A program made the position numbers and the translations under genes. The notes below the pieces were generated by a model, which was not told the DNA's origin, did not search any database, and saw only the letters and a list, made by a program, of their open reading frames with translations. This document shows positions 18,273 to 29,345 of a DNA stretch of 64,000 nucleotides, in pieces; position 1 is the stretch's first letter, and each line of letters begins with the position of its first letter. The stretch lies in the NCBI RefSeq assembly GCF_009914755.1, contig NC_060944.1, one strand, 5' to 3'. Source of the DNA: the human T2T-CHM13v2.0 reference genome, Homo sapiens.

Positions 18273-19900
18273 TTAATAGTGGGAGTTCTCACTTTCATTT
18301 TTACTACCCATGTCTTCTTGCAAGACAGATCGATAGTGATTCATATAGTACACTTGTGCTGAAGGATTTTGGTGAACTAAGGTAGCGATGAAGCTTTTTA
18401 TCATTTGAAGAAGTACAGGTAGCAAACAAGGGAGCAGTAAGTAGGTTCTTATTACTATTATAACTCTTATTATAAGAGTTTTAAATCCTCTTAGCGCTGG
18501 GAACTGTTTTGTAAACAGGGCCCTAGGATCAAATCTATGCCACACTTGCACGGGCACATGTGCCAGTTTTGTCATATCTCTAACTATGTCTTCAACTACT
18601 TGCCTTTGATTATCTATGTGTAGGCAGCAATTAGTAAGGTTAAATTTCCTACAGACTTCTCCTTCAGCCGCTAGCAGAGCTAATCTATTTTGATAGATAG
18701 GATTTCTTATCTGAGTTTCTTGCCAGACCAGAATAGTCAAGGCTCTGCCAGTTTTATTAGTGATTATTTTTAAGACAGCTTGTAATCATATGATTCAGTT
18801 GATCATGTAAATGGGGGTCCGGTATCTTTACGAGCCATCTTGTGCCTAAGTAGCAGGCCTATAACATCATATGATTCTCTCAGGGGGCCATTTATCATTT
18901 TTCTAATTTCCTATAGCTATGCTTTTCTTTTCACAGGAAGTACAGACAGGGAAGCCTAGGAGTTCGCCTGTTTTTATGGGCAATAGGAAGAAAGATGGTT
19001 TAATAGTGCTAATAACACAACTACCTGCCTACTGGTCAGGTAATTTGGCATAAGCTCTATGCCTACATATTCAGTATAATCCAGTGGGGGCTGTCCAGGC
19101 TCAGTGGGACTCTGGGTGGGTCCACACGGTTTGCAACTTTGGAAATTTACTGAATGGATTTCTCTCTGTGTGACTTGAACTCCACCAAGTGACTGTTTTT
19201 GTGGTACTATTATACAGTTTCTGTCCTAGACAACTAAGTCGTCCTACAGGGTGAATGAATTCTTTTCCTTCTCTAGCTATGCAATATTGTCTAATAATTG
19301 AGGATTTTAGGACTTAGAAACTATCAGGGTGATTTTTTTGAGTCCAGAATTCATCAGGAACTGGATCTGTAGGTACTAATTCTCGGGCTTCCTATGGCCA
19401 TTGATCTCTTATTATAGTTTCTTCATATACATAACATTGAAGTGACATTGAGAGACTGGGCTACATACTCAGCTAATTGCAAAAACAAATTTCTTGTTTT
19501 TCCTGGAATTTCTGGTACTGGCACATTTAGTTCATCATAGAAAGTTTGAAACACCAGCTCAGGAGAACGTTTGTAAACTTCTCCTCGAACTAAGATATTT
19601 ACCCAAGGATCCAGTCCGGCCTCGTCACTTCCTAAGGTCACATGCTCCTCTTTCTTCCAGCGAGGATCAAGGGGATTGGTTATTACTAGCTCTAAGGGGT
19701 TACATTGTCCTTTAGTACAGGAAGGGCCACTTTTTCCTTTCTGAAGGTGGCCTGGATCTTTTTCATTTTTTTGTTTTATCTAAGTGGCCTAAATGACACA
19801 AGACCAGTATTTACATTTATTTCTACACAGTCTTAATTTATGACAGATGTACTTATTTTCTGCCATATAGCCTCTTTTCTAATTAAGAAAACTATAACTT
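18273..19900 (-). pseudogene. ERV env remnant (SU fragments and TM)
   Basis: TM segment [28 protein letters not shown] plus a hydrophobic anchor; SU fragment FQTFYDELNVPVPEIPGKTRNLFLQLAE. Fragmented, and the 5' limit is approximate. Confidence 0.85.
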
Positions 19901-20638
19901 ATTCTTAATTATTACTATTAATGACAGCACAAGCATCAAATTTTAAGGTGACTTGTTTGGGCACCTTTTTTTCTTTTGTTTTGGTTAACACGTTACCGTA
20001 TCGTTTATGAGCCTTCACCAGTCCTTAGTCTTTAATATTATTTTAAAAACTGTGGCCATGGGAGGCTCAGATGGGTCACAACACACATCAGGTTGGTCAT
20101 TTCCTAGGCTACATACTTTGTATAGAATAACATTATATAAACAAGTTCTTTTTAGAGTTCCAGTATACTTAAAATAACTATAAAACAATAGGACTGTAGC
20201 AACTTTTTGTCCTACCTCAGTGACTTGATGTATACACTGGGAACAGGCTTCAGTCTGAGGAAGGACAGTTGAAGTCTTTACTGTACAAGTCCAAATTTTA
20301 AGGAAAATGAGTCCCGCGATGAGTTTTCTTATGCTTCGGCCGTGCGTGGACCAGTCAGCTTCTGGGTGTGACTGGAGCAGGGCTTCTCAACTTCTTCAGA
20401 GTCATTTTGCAGGGGTCGGTGAAGCTGCTCCTGTCCATGTACCACTCACAGTCTACTGATGTTTAAGGATGGTCTCTGGAGGTTGGGCCTGCTAGAATAA
20501 ACTGAGTCTAACACCTCTACACAGTTATGTTCAACTGGGCTCTCTGATACCAGGAGCAAGGTGGTGGGGCTTAGGGTGTTGCAAACTTCAATGGTTATGT
20601 GGGGATTTTCACATAGCAAGCTTTGGTACTTGGTTAAT

Positions 20639-20950
20639 CTAGCATTTGTTAACTAATGATGTCTTTTGGTAGTCATTAAAGTTACTACATGGGGGGGCCT
20701 TTATATTTAGGTTTTGCCTAAGTGTTAGTTTATCTGCTTCTTGTGCTAACAGGGTCGTTGCTGCTAGGGCCTTTAGACCTGGGGGCCAGCCTTTGGAAAC
20801 CTTGTCTAGTTGTTTTGAGAGACAGGCCACTGGCCTTGGCCAGGGCCTTACAGTCTGGGTTAAAACTCTAACTGCTATTTTTTCTCTTTCTGACACATAG
20901 ATTGTAAAGAGTTTTGTCAGGTCAGGTAGCCTCAGGGCTGGGGCCGACAT
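20639..20950 (-). pseudogene. ERV pol remnant (RT connection/tether region)
   Basis: APALRLPDLTK..VLTQTVRPWPRPVACLSKQLD.VSKGWPP..ALAA matches gammaretroviral APALGLPD..RPVAYLSKQLD..GWPPCLRA. Confidence 0.85.
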
Positions 20951-23339
20951 GAGTTTTTCTTTTAACTCATGAAAACCTTGTTGCTGTTGGTTGTAATAGA
21001 TGTAGTTTATCTAATCTATATTTTTATTAACTGTCACCTACTAAAATATTGACTTAAATCCTGCAGCTATTTGATTTCAAGCTTTAAATTGATCTGGTAT
21101 TCCTCGTGAGACTCCAATTGCGTCTAAATAGACATGAGAGTCGAAAGACTTATAAGGGGCTTCTCTCGCTTTACGATGTCTTATTTTTTTTTCCTTCTGG
21201 TTGATGAAATGCCAGGGTGAAAGGGATAGCCAACTGGACTAAAATACAAGTGCTACTCCAGTTATTCGGCAGAGTGCCCAGTAAAGGTCTACCATTGATA
21301 CTACTACACATCCACTCAGGGATGAACAAGGGCTGACTGACTGATAAGCTCTTGAAAATTCTTAAGCTCACTGCATCCTTTCAGGTCTCTAAGGAACACT
21401 AAGTTTCCTCGTTGTCATAAGAGACACAAAGTGAACTTAGTGTTGGGAGACGGAGGCTGGATGGCCCTCGGGGGCTGACCCGCAGGGTGCCGGACTTCGG
21501 GATATAGCAGAGAGAACTTGGCATGACTTATTACTCCAGGCTGTAGAATCCTGGAAAAGAGCTACTATGCAGCCTATGCCTGGTCGACTGGAGGACCACC
21601 TTAGTGGAAGGGGGACAATCAGGGCCTCTGGCCTGCCATGTGCACAAGCATAACAATTGCTTTTGTTTAACGTGCAGGTGGAATGTTTGATCTATTTTAA
21701 CCAGCCATTTGCATCTTGGTATCCTGTCTTAATTGCTAAAGTTTGTTTTAAGTCTTTAACTTCTATGATCTTCTAGTAAAATGAATGTATGGTTTTAGGA
21801 AATTACAAAAACTGGTTGGGGCAGTCCATCCTTGCTCTTTAGTGGTCTACAGAACGTTGGACTAACTGTGGCATGAAAGCTCTACATCGGGGGGCAAGAT
21901 TCCTGGTTGGCACTGGGGTCTTTATTGAAATCTCCCTGGATTAAATGGTCCTAGTTTACTAACGCCCAGTCTGAGGAGAGTCAGGAGGGACAGATGTAAG
22001 TTTCTGAAGTAGAGAGCTGTCTTTGACTAGGCAAGTCCTCACAGGGTATAACAAGGCAAACATTAAATGCAGTAGTTTGAGGCGGCGAAATTGACTTGGT
22101 TATGTTAATAACTAGATGGTTAGCAACAGAACAAGGAAAGAAAAAAGAGTAATAGAATAGATGAAAAGAGTTAAATTTTTCTTAGCTTTAGTTTGGTAGG
22201 GTTTTCCCCTGGGACTATGGCCTACAACTCTGGAGGGGGTGGCGTTTTCTTGACTCGGGTGTAATAAGTCCATTCTTTTTTTTTTTTCTTTGCTGTGTGA
22301 ACAGCGGTCTTGGTGGTTAGCAGCACAAGGTAAGGTCCTTCCCAGGCTGGCTCGAGTTTTTCTTCTTTCTACCTTTTGATGAGAACGTGATCTTCAGGCT
22401 GGTGCTGGTTTACTGGAAATTCTAGGGGTGGTACATGTGCTAAAAGACTTTTAGTTTTTGAGAGAAAAGAAAGTGGAAGATAAACTAAGTATATAATTTC
22501 TAAGAAATTGACCGTTTGTTTTAAATGTGGGGACCTTGGTGGTGGACTTTATAGTCCTTAGTGCCTTTTTACTGAAAGATTTCCTTTAGCACCTATTTTT
22601 ATTAGTTTTTAGACTAAAGAAAGCCAAATACTATTTTACATTTAACAATGCTTCTCGTATGATTTTTATACCAGATAAGCTAAATTTTATCTTTATATTA
22701 GTGTGTTACTAATGTTAAACTTAATTTTAATAAAACCTTGTAGACATATTTATCTAATTTTTAATTTTGGCTAGAAGGTAAGATTTTATTTACAGGCAAT
22801 TTTTTTGACATGCCTCAACTTTCTGACTTATTACAAATATTTCTTTCTTTAAATAACCAGTTAATTTATTTCAGGACAAGAATTTATTATATAATACTCT
22901 TTTTATGTAAACTCTGCCTCCCCTTTTTTCTTTTTTTCTTTTTTTTTTTTTCCGAAGATGATAACCATTCTTTTCTAAAGTGAACTTTTTTTTTATGTCT
23001 GTGGACTAGACTGTCTAAGGCCACAAGATTAGAAGTTACTATAATACACGTTACACTGTTAACTTTTAGCAAACTTTACTTTTGTTGAAAACCTTGTAAA
23101 TTTGGGATTTTATTTATCCTTTGATATTAATAAGACCTTGTTTTGTCCAAATTAGAATTGGTATAGATGGCTTTTTTTTTTTTTTTATCAATTACCTGAG
23201 AGGAACCATCAATCGTCCTGTCCGGAAGGGAGTTCCTCCTAGGTCTGGTCAGACCTTTGTATGGTAATTAAGATTTAGATCCCCTGTTAGGAAACCTGCT
23301 GGGTTAAGGGAATTTTCAGTGGTTAATGTTAAATCACCT

Positions 23340-23500
23340 TTCTTTCTTTCTCTTTTTGACTTTGTCTCTCTCTCTCTTTGACTTTCCTTTTGCCTCTGTC
23401 TCTTTCTCTCTCTCTCTGCCTCTCTCTCTCTCTCTCCTTGACTCCTTCTTTGTCTATCTCTTCCTCTCTGTCTCTTTCCTTTCTCTCTCTCTGCTGCTCT
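23340..23500. repeat. (CT)n-rich low-complexity tract within the provirus
   Basis: CTCTCT runs are visible. Confidence 0.85.
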
Positions 23501-23537
23501 TTCATTGCCTCTGCCAGCCATTTATGCTGCTGTTCTC

Positions 23538-23854
23538 TCAACCACTGTGTGTTGGGGGCAGGGGGTCTAAAACCAGCTGTAACCAAGTGTCTATGTACGG
23601 GAGCTGGTCTGGGTTCCCTGGCTTACAGGGAACCTTGTGCCATACCTTTGAAACAGGGGACCTGTCCAGGCTTCCTTCTAAAGGCCAACCTACCTCTAAT
23701 GCTGGACAGTCTATCTTACACAAAGTTTTTAAGTTTTCCTTGTGTCATAGTACTCCATAGTCTCTCTTAAATCGCCCCCCCGACCTTTTTTTTTTTTTTT
23801 GAAAATTTTCAACATAGTTCCTAGAGGGGTGGGCTTACTTTGTGCCTCACCTAT
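23538..23854 (-). pseudogene. ERV gag (matrix) remnant; start codon mutated to ATA
   Basis: I-GEAQSKPTPLGTMLK.. then ..VGWPLEGSLD..PGNPDQLPYIDTWLQL (gamma-type MA motifs); frameshifted at the poly-T. Confidence 0.8.
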
Positions 23855-24029
23855 GTTTCCTCGAGACAAAACATCACGCTCACACCACACACACACCACA
23901 AAACAATGGGTAAAAAAGGCACACACGCACTTTCGTAGTTTACACCAAACCAAAATCAAAACCAAAATCAGAGTATCCAGAAATCTAAGCCAGGTCAAAA
24001 CCAAAACCAAAATATCAAGCAATCCAAGT

Positions 24030-24378
24030 CAAGTCAAAAACAAAAACCAAAGTGCCGGTACAGGCACGCCATGGGTGATCAGGCCACGCTTCCACTCAAG
24101 TGGCGTGGGCAAGTTCCCAAGACCAGTCCTGTCAAGCAATTCAAACCAAGTCAAAACCAAAACCAAAACCAAAGTGCCGATAAAAGGCATGCCGTGGGTG
24201 ATCAGGCCACGCTTCCACTCAAATGGAGTGGGCAAGTTCCTAAGACTGGTCCTGTCAAGCAATTCAAACCAAGTCAAAACCAAAACTAAAACTAAAGTGT
24301 CGATAAAGGCACGCCATGGGTGATCAGGCCACACTTCCACTCAAACAGAGTGGGCAAGTTTCAAAGACTAGTCTTACC
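24030..24378. repeat. ~120-bp tandem repeat x ~3 in the proviral leader
   Basis: Recurring CAAGTCAAAA..AAAGTGCCG..GGGTGATCAGGCCACGCTTCCACTCAA..GTGGGCAAGTT unit. Confidence 0.9.
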
Positions 24379-24618
24379 AAGTTTTAGATGTCCAGACTCC
24401 AAGTGCCCATTCCTTCCTGGTGTTAGCCACTGCGTTGATCCTCCACGGGGGCCTGCCACACACTGCTCTGGCGAGGCGTCCACCGGGGCAAATGCCTATC
24501 TGGGAGTGCTCTCAGGATCCGCGTCGCTCAGGCTGGCCGGAGTCCCCCGCAGGGATGTTCCACAGGGCAGACTTCAGCCGCCTAAGGAGCTGCCTCGACC
24601 ATCCACCAATCACCTCGC

Positions 24619-24636
24619 TTCCCGGTCAGGGAACCA
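24619..24636 (-). other. Primer-binding site for tRNA-Glu
   Basis: TGGTTCCCTGACCGGGAA is complementary to the tRNA-Glu 3' end and lies 5 nt from the 5' LTR. Confidence 0.92.
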
Positions 24637-24641
24637 AGAAA

Positions 24642-25103
24642 TGTAGCAGGACAAGCCACAGACAAAACTCCTCAGACACCGAGTTAAAGAAGGAAGGGGT
24701 TTATTTGGCCGGGGGCATCAGCAAGACTCCTGTCTCAAGAGCCGAGCTCCTCGAGTGAGCAATTCCTGTGCTTTTTAAGGGCTCACAACTCTAAGGGGAG
24801 TGCACGTGATGAGTCGTGATCGATCGAGCAAGCAGGGGGTACGTGACTGGGGGCTGCATGCGCCGGTTATTAGATTGGAACAAAACAGGATAGGGATTTT
24901 CACAGTGCTTTTCTATACAATGTCTGTAATCTATAGATAATATAACCAATTAGGTCAGGGGTTGATTTTTAACTACCAGGCCCAGGGTGTGGTGCCGGGC
25001 TGTCTGCTTGTGGATTTCATTTCTGCCTTTTAGTTTTTACTTTTTCTTTCTTTGGAGGCAGAAATTGGGCATAAGATAATATGAGGGGCGGTCTCCTCCC
25101 TTA
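24642..25103 (-). repeat. 5' LTR (LTR2-type, 462 bp)
   Basis: Direct repeat of 17791-18250, followed by the PBS on the minus strand. Confidence 0.95.
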
Positions 25104-25107
25104 TCAC

Positions 25108-25206
25108 CATGTTGGCCAGGATGGTCTCAATCTCTTCACCTCATGATCTGCCCACCTTGGCCTCCCAAAGTGCTAGGATTATAGGCGTGAGCTACTGCAA
25201 CCAGCC
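25108..25206 (-). mobile_element. AluS (AluSc-like), 5' portion
   Basis: CATGTTGGCCAGGATGGTCTCAATCTCTT..CCTCCCAAAGTGCT continues exactly from 17790. Confidence 0.92.
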
Positions 25207-26467
25207 TACAAACATCATTTTTATATCTATACACAGAATAAATACATGCTCACTTCCTTTTTCTCCTCATGTATGAAACAAGCATTTTCTGTTACTCCCG
25301 AAGTGTTGTGATTAAATTTTTAAGTGTGTGCTGGCTGTTAGCTGCAGGGAGGATGTGAGCAGAGAGTGAAGCCATGGCCCGAAGTGTCCACAGGTGTGTG
25401 CACAAAGCCCAGTGGTGTGCATGAGATGGGGTCTGGAAGGGCGTGGGGCAGGGACAAGGCTGGGCTGGCCTGGGCCACCATGTCCTGGCAGGGAACTGAG
25501 AGGTCTCTGGGAATTGCGAGGTCTCTGAGTACTGTAAAGGCCAGCATGGCCTGGCAGATTGTCAGGAGGGTAAGTGGGTCAAAGGAGGAGGACAGAACAT
25601 ATGGCATTTGGCTGTGTGTGAGCCAGATCTAGAAGTAACATGTAGACTCTCGTATGTGGGCCTCTATTGGACCCTTGTCCCAGGTCCAGCATGTACCAGG
25701 TCAGCCCTCAGATGGAAGGGGCCTGCTGTGGGAGGAGTGCAGGGGAAGGGGGCCGCGCTCCGCTCCTGCGCAGAGCCCTGGGGTGGCCTAAGCCCCGGGG
25801 AGAAGGCGCATGGTGTGACTGTCAGCATTCAGGATGGAAAGTCCAAGGCCCATAGGCAGTTGTTTCCCCCAAAGCTTGGGATGGATGGGAAGCAGCAGCG
25901 GAGCCTTGTATCTGGCAGGTACATCCCGGAAGGCAGTTTGGAGACCAGATGAGGTAGAGGATGCGAGGGCCATCCTGGATGCCTCGGCTCTGCAAATACC
26001 CTGAATAGACATGACCTGGAGGTGTTGGATTCTGTCTCGGCCCTCCCAGCAGGAAAGGGACTTAGAAGAGAAGCAATCTTGATTCATAATAACCATGTCC
26101 TTTTTCTTGTATATCTGGTTTGTGAACTGAGGTTCGTGTCCACTGAGGCTCTTGTTCCCTCCCTTCCTCCAGCTGGGTCATGACCTTAGCTCTTTGACCC
26201 CTTGGCTTAGGGAGGCCTGGGGTTGGCCTGAGCAATGAAACCCCTTGCTAGAGTTGGCTCAAGGAGCCGGCACGGCCATCAACCTCACTGTGGGTTGGTT
26301 TGGACCCCACCCCATTGTTCCCCAAGGTGGAATGCAGGTGCCTTTCAGTGACGGGTAAAACACAGCAAAGCGGCAGAAATTTTAGGTGAGAGGGAAAGGT
26401 GAGGCCAAGGAACGGAAAGAGAGGACGGGGGTGTGGCATTGGCCCCCCAGGACTCATAACATGATGA

Positions 26468-26652
26468 AGCTTCCAGATGTAGCAAATAAAAATATAGGGC
26501 GCCCAGTTAAATTTGAAGTTCAGATAAAGAATGAACATTTTTTAGTATAAGTCAGTCCAAATATTTGCATAGGATATATACTGAAAAGTTATTTATTAGG
26601 TACCTAAAGTTCAGATTTCACTGGGTGCCCTGTGTTTTATCTGGTGACCCTA
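26468..26652. mobile_element. MER53 palindromic hAT MITE
   Basis: CCAGATGTAGCAAATAAAAATATAGGGCGCCCAGTTAAATTTGAA ... CTAAAGTTCAGATTTCACTGGGTGCCCTGTGTTTTATCTGGTGACCCTA; the arms are imperfect inverted repeats. Confidence 0.85.
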
Positions 26653-26979
26653 CACAATCAAGTCCTCTCCACTTCCTTAGAGAAGGGCCAGGAACTGAGC
26701 TCTCAGAACCTCCTGGCCAGGCACCAGAGTGTCACCAAAGGTCCCCTGAGGGGCTCAGGAACAACATGGGGCGTTTTATCCCTGTAGAGGGTAAAACAAA
26801 ACGGTGTTTTATATTTTTAAAAACATGGTTATATTTTGGACGAATATATGAAATTAAAGTGAAATTTAAAATATAATGCAATTTATAAAATAGTTTTATC
26901 ACACTCCTCACCTATATCCCAGGCATCTGTAGTCCTCTTCTTTGGGGAATATCTGAGATTCTCAGTTGAAACACTTGGG

Positions 26980-26998
26980 GTGGCCACTAGAGGGAGGC
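26980..26998 (+). promoter_or_regulatory. CTCF-like motif
   Basis: GTGGCCACTAGAGGGAGGC versus consensus TGGCCACCAGGGGGCGC. Confidence 0.45.
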
Positions 26999-27734
26999 TT
27001 ACAGACTTCACAATTCACAGCTTCCCCACTACGAAAAAGTTTTTTCAGGGTAGTACAAGTAATTCACGTGCTACTATTTTGTTGTCCTTTCTTTTCTGAT
27101 AAATGTTATTGTCTTTCTCCTCCTTGGTGTCTTTCTTCTCCCCTTCAGCTACTCTGAATTCTGTGTCCTTTTTTTAACCCATTCAAATATCCCTGCTGTG
27201 TAGCTACTTAAGGTCCCACTCTGAGACCCCCTGGCCCAGCAGTGGGTTGCTTGCTCCATAATGACAAGGGCTGCCATTTTGTGAGCTTTCGCCGTGTGTC
27301 AGGCATGGGGCTATCAGCTTGGCATGTGGTATCCATCAAGAAACAGTACCTGGGCCAAGTGTTTACCCCACAGGGCATTTAAGGCAGGGGACTGGCTAGT
27401 GGGGGTGGCATGGCTGTGAGCCAAACCCAGGGACGCAGAGAAGCAGCAAGCTGCCACACCTCAGCTGGAGGGACAGAGGGTGGAGGTGGGGTGGTGGGAA
27501 CCTGGGGCCAGGTCACTGGATGGAGGCTGCTTCCTGCACTGCTGAAGATGCTGTGTAGGGCAGAACAAGGGTGGTAGGGGAACATCCCGGCCTCCTGCCA
27601 GGGCCTTCAGGAGCAGCTGATGCAGGAAAGGCAGCCCCGCCCCCTTGCCATCCAGAACAGAACAGGGGAGACAAGAAAGGGCGTGAGGACACGATGCCCT
27701 GGAGCCAGCACACATGCCTCATCTTGTTGAAGTG

Positions 27735-27860
27735 TGCTCATTTTACAGCCAGGGAATCTGAGGTTCAGAGAGTTTAAGTGGCTGAACTGCAGTTGCACAG
27801 CTTGTCAGAAGCAGAGCTAGGATTTGAACCAAGAAGCCTGCCTGAGGAATCCATGCTCTT
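27735..27860. mobile_element. MIR fragment
   Basis: CATTTTACAG..CTGAGGTTCAGAGAG..CACAGC..GGATTTGAACC MIR core. Confidence 0.7.
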
Positions 27861-28399
27861 GAGGACTGCCATATAACAGAAGAGACAGTTCTGGTATGGC
27901 CAAGTTCACTTTTGCCCTCAGCCTTTGCAGACATCACTAATCAATCAGAGCCTGGGTCCTAGTGAGCCTTGAGGCAGGTTTGCAATATGGATGGTGCCAT
28001 CCTGGCAGACATGACTCACCAAAAGTGTTCATCCCACACAGAATCGACAGTGTCAGGCAAGATTCACTTGCAAGAAATAGAAACCATGTCCCAGTTCTGC
28101 ACAGAATGGGAGTTACTACAGGGGCTTAGGTGCTCACAGAAGTACTGGAAGGGCTGGAGGAAGAGACTCTAGGAGGACAGCTCAGAAGTTGTCCCCCAGG
28201 CCGAAATCGTCCTACCTCTGCCTCAAGCAAGAAAAGGCAGTGCCAGGAGGTTCCCACTGGCATCGTTTACCTCTAGCACCTGTGCTGCAGTCCAGGGACA
28301 GGAACCACCACAGCTGCCACTCAGCACTTGTCCATCACAGACCCCAGGATGCTGTGGGGGAACCAGCATCTCCAGCAGCAGCTACAGGCGGTAGAAAAC

Positions 28400-29345
28400 A
28401 GAAAGTGGAAGAGAGGTTCTGGGGGCCAGGCAGGTGGGAACAAGGAGTTATTGCTTAATGATGAGGGGCTAATGAAAAAGTTCTGGAGGTGGATGGTGGG
28501 GATGGTTGTACAACACTGCAAATGTACTTAATGCCAATGCATTGTACTCTTAAAATGGTTAAAATGGCACATTTTATGTTGTATATATTTTACCACAAAA
28601 AATTTCAGAAAAGAATGAAAAAAAATCTAAAAACATAACCACCTCACATCCATTAGGATGGCTATCATAAAAACAAGACAGGACAAAATAAGTGCTGATG
28701 AGGACATGGAGAAATTGGAACCCTTGTGCACTGTTGGTGGGAACGTAAAATGGTGCCATCGCTATGAAAAATGATGCATCCTCAAAATAACCAGAAATAG
28801 AATTACCATAGCCTCCGGCAGTTCTGCCTCTGGGTACATACCTGAAAGAACCGAAGGCAGAGACTCCAACAGATATTTGTACACACGTGTTCAGAGCAGC
28901 ATTATTCACAATAGCCCAAAGGTGGAGGCAGCCCAAGAGTCTATGGATGGATAGACAGAGCAAATGTGGCCTGTACACACAACAGAATACGATTCAGCTT
29001 TAAAACGGAAGGGTATTGTGACACAGGCTACACCGTGGGTGAAACTTGAGGACATTACGCTAAGTAAAATAAGCCAGATGCGAAAGGACAAATACTGTGT
29101 GATTCCACTCATAAGAAGTCCCTTGCATAGTCAAGTTCTCATAGAGACAGAAAGTTCCAGGGTGGTTGCCGGGGGCTGGGAGGAGGGAGAATGATGGGTA
29201 GAGTTTCCGTTTTGCAAGATGAAAACAGTTCTGGAAATGATGGTGGTGATGGTTGCATGATGTAAATATTCTTACCACTGCTGAACTATATTCCTAAAAA
29301 TGGTTAAGATGGTAAATTTTATGTGTATTTCACCACATTTTTTAA
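28400..29345 (+). mobile_element. L1MB-like 3' end fragments
   Basis: AAAAGTTCTGGAGGTGGATGG..AAAATGGTTAAAATGG and AATTGGAACCCTTGTGCACTGTTGGTGGGAA..AAGGACAAATACTG. Confidence 0.8.

Larger units (their letters stand above)
17791..25103 (-). mobile_element. Harlequin/HERV-E-related provirus (LTR2 family), two LTRs, internally deleted
   Basis: Minus-strand LTRs run TAAGGGAGGAGACC...TACA. Also present are a tRNA-Glu PBS, a PPT, gag/pol/env remnants and a 4-bp TSD TCAC (17787-17790, 25104-25107). Confidence 0.93.

Noticed and set aside
18273-18740. 155-aa env ORF as a possible syncytin-like gene
   Set aside because: Non-ATG start, no SU or signal peptide in frame, a deleted ISD and many Gly->Arg changes.
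23799-24323. 174-aa + strand ORF with repeated KTKTK/PWVIRPRFHS units
   Set aside because: Antisense translation of the proviral leader tandem repeat with a non-ATG start.
24619-24636. tRNA-Glu 3' end sequence on the + strand
   Set aside because: Only 18 nt including CCA and adjacent to the LTR, so it is the retroviral PBS rather than a tRNA gene.
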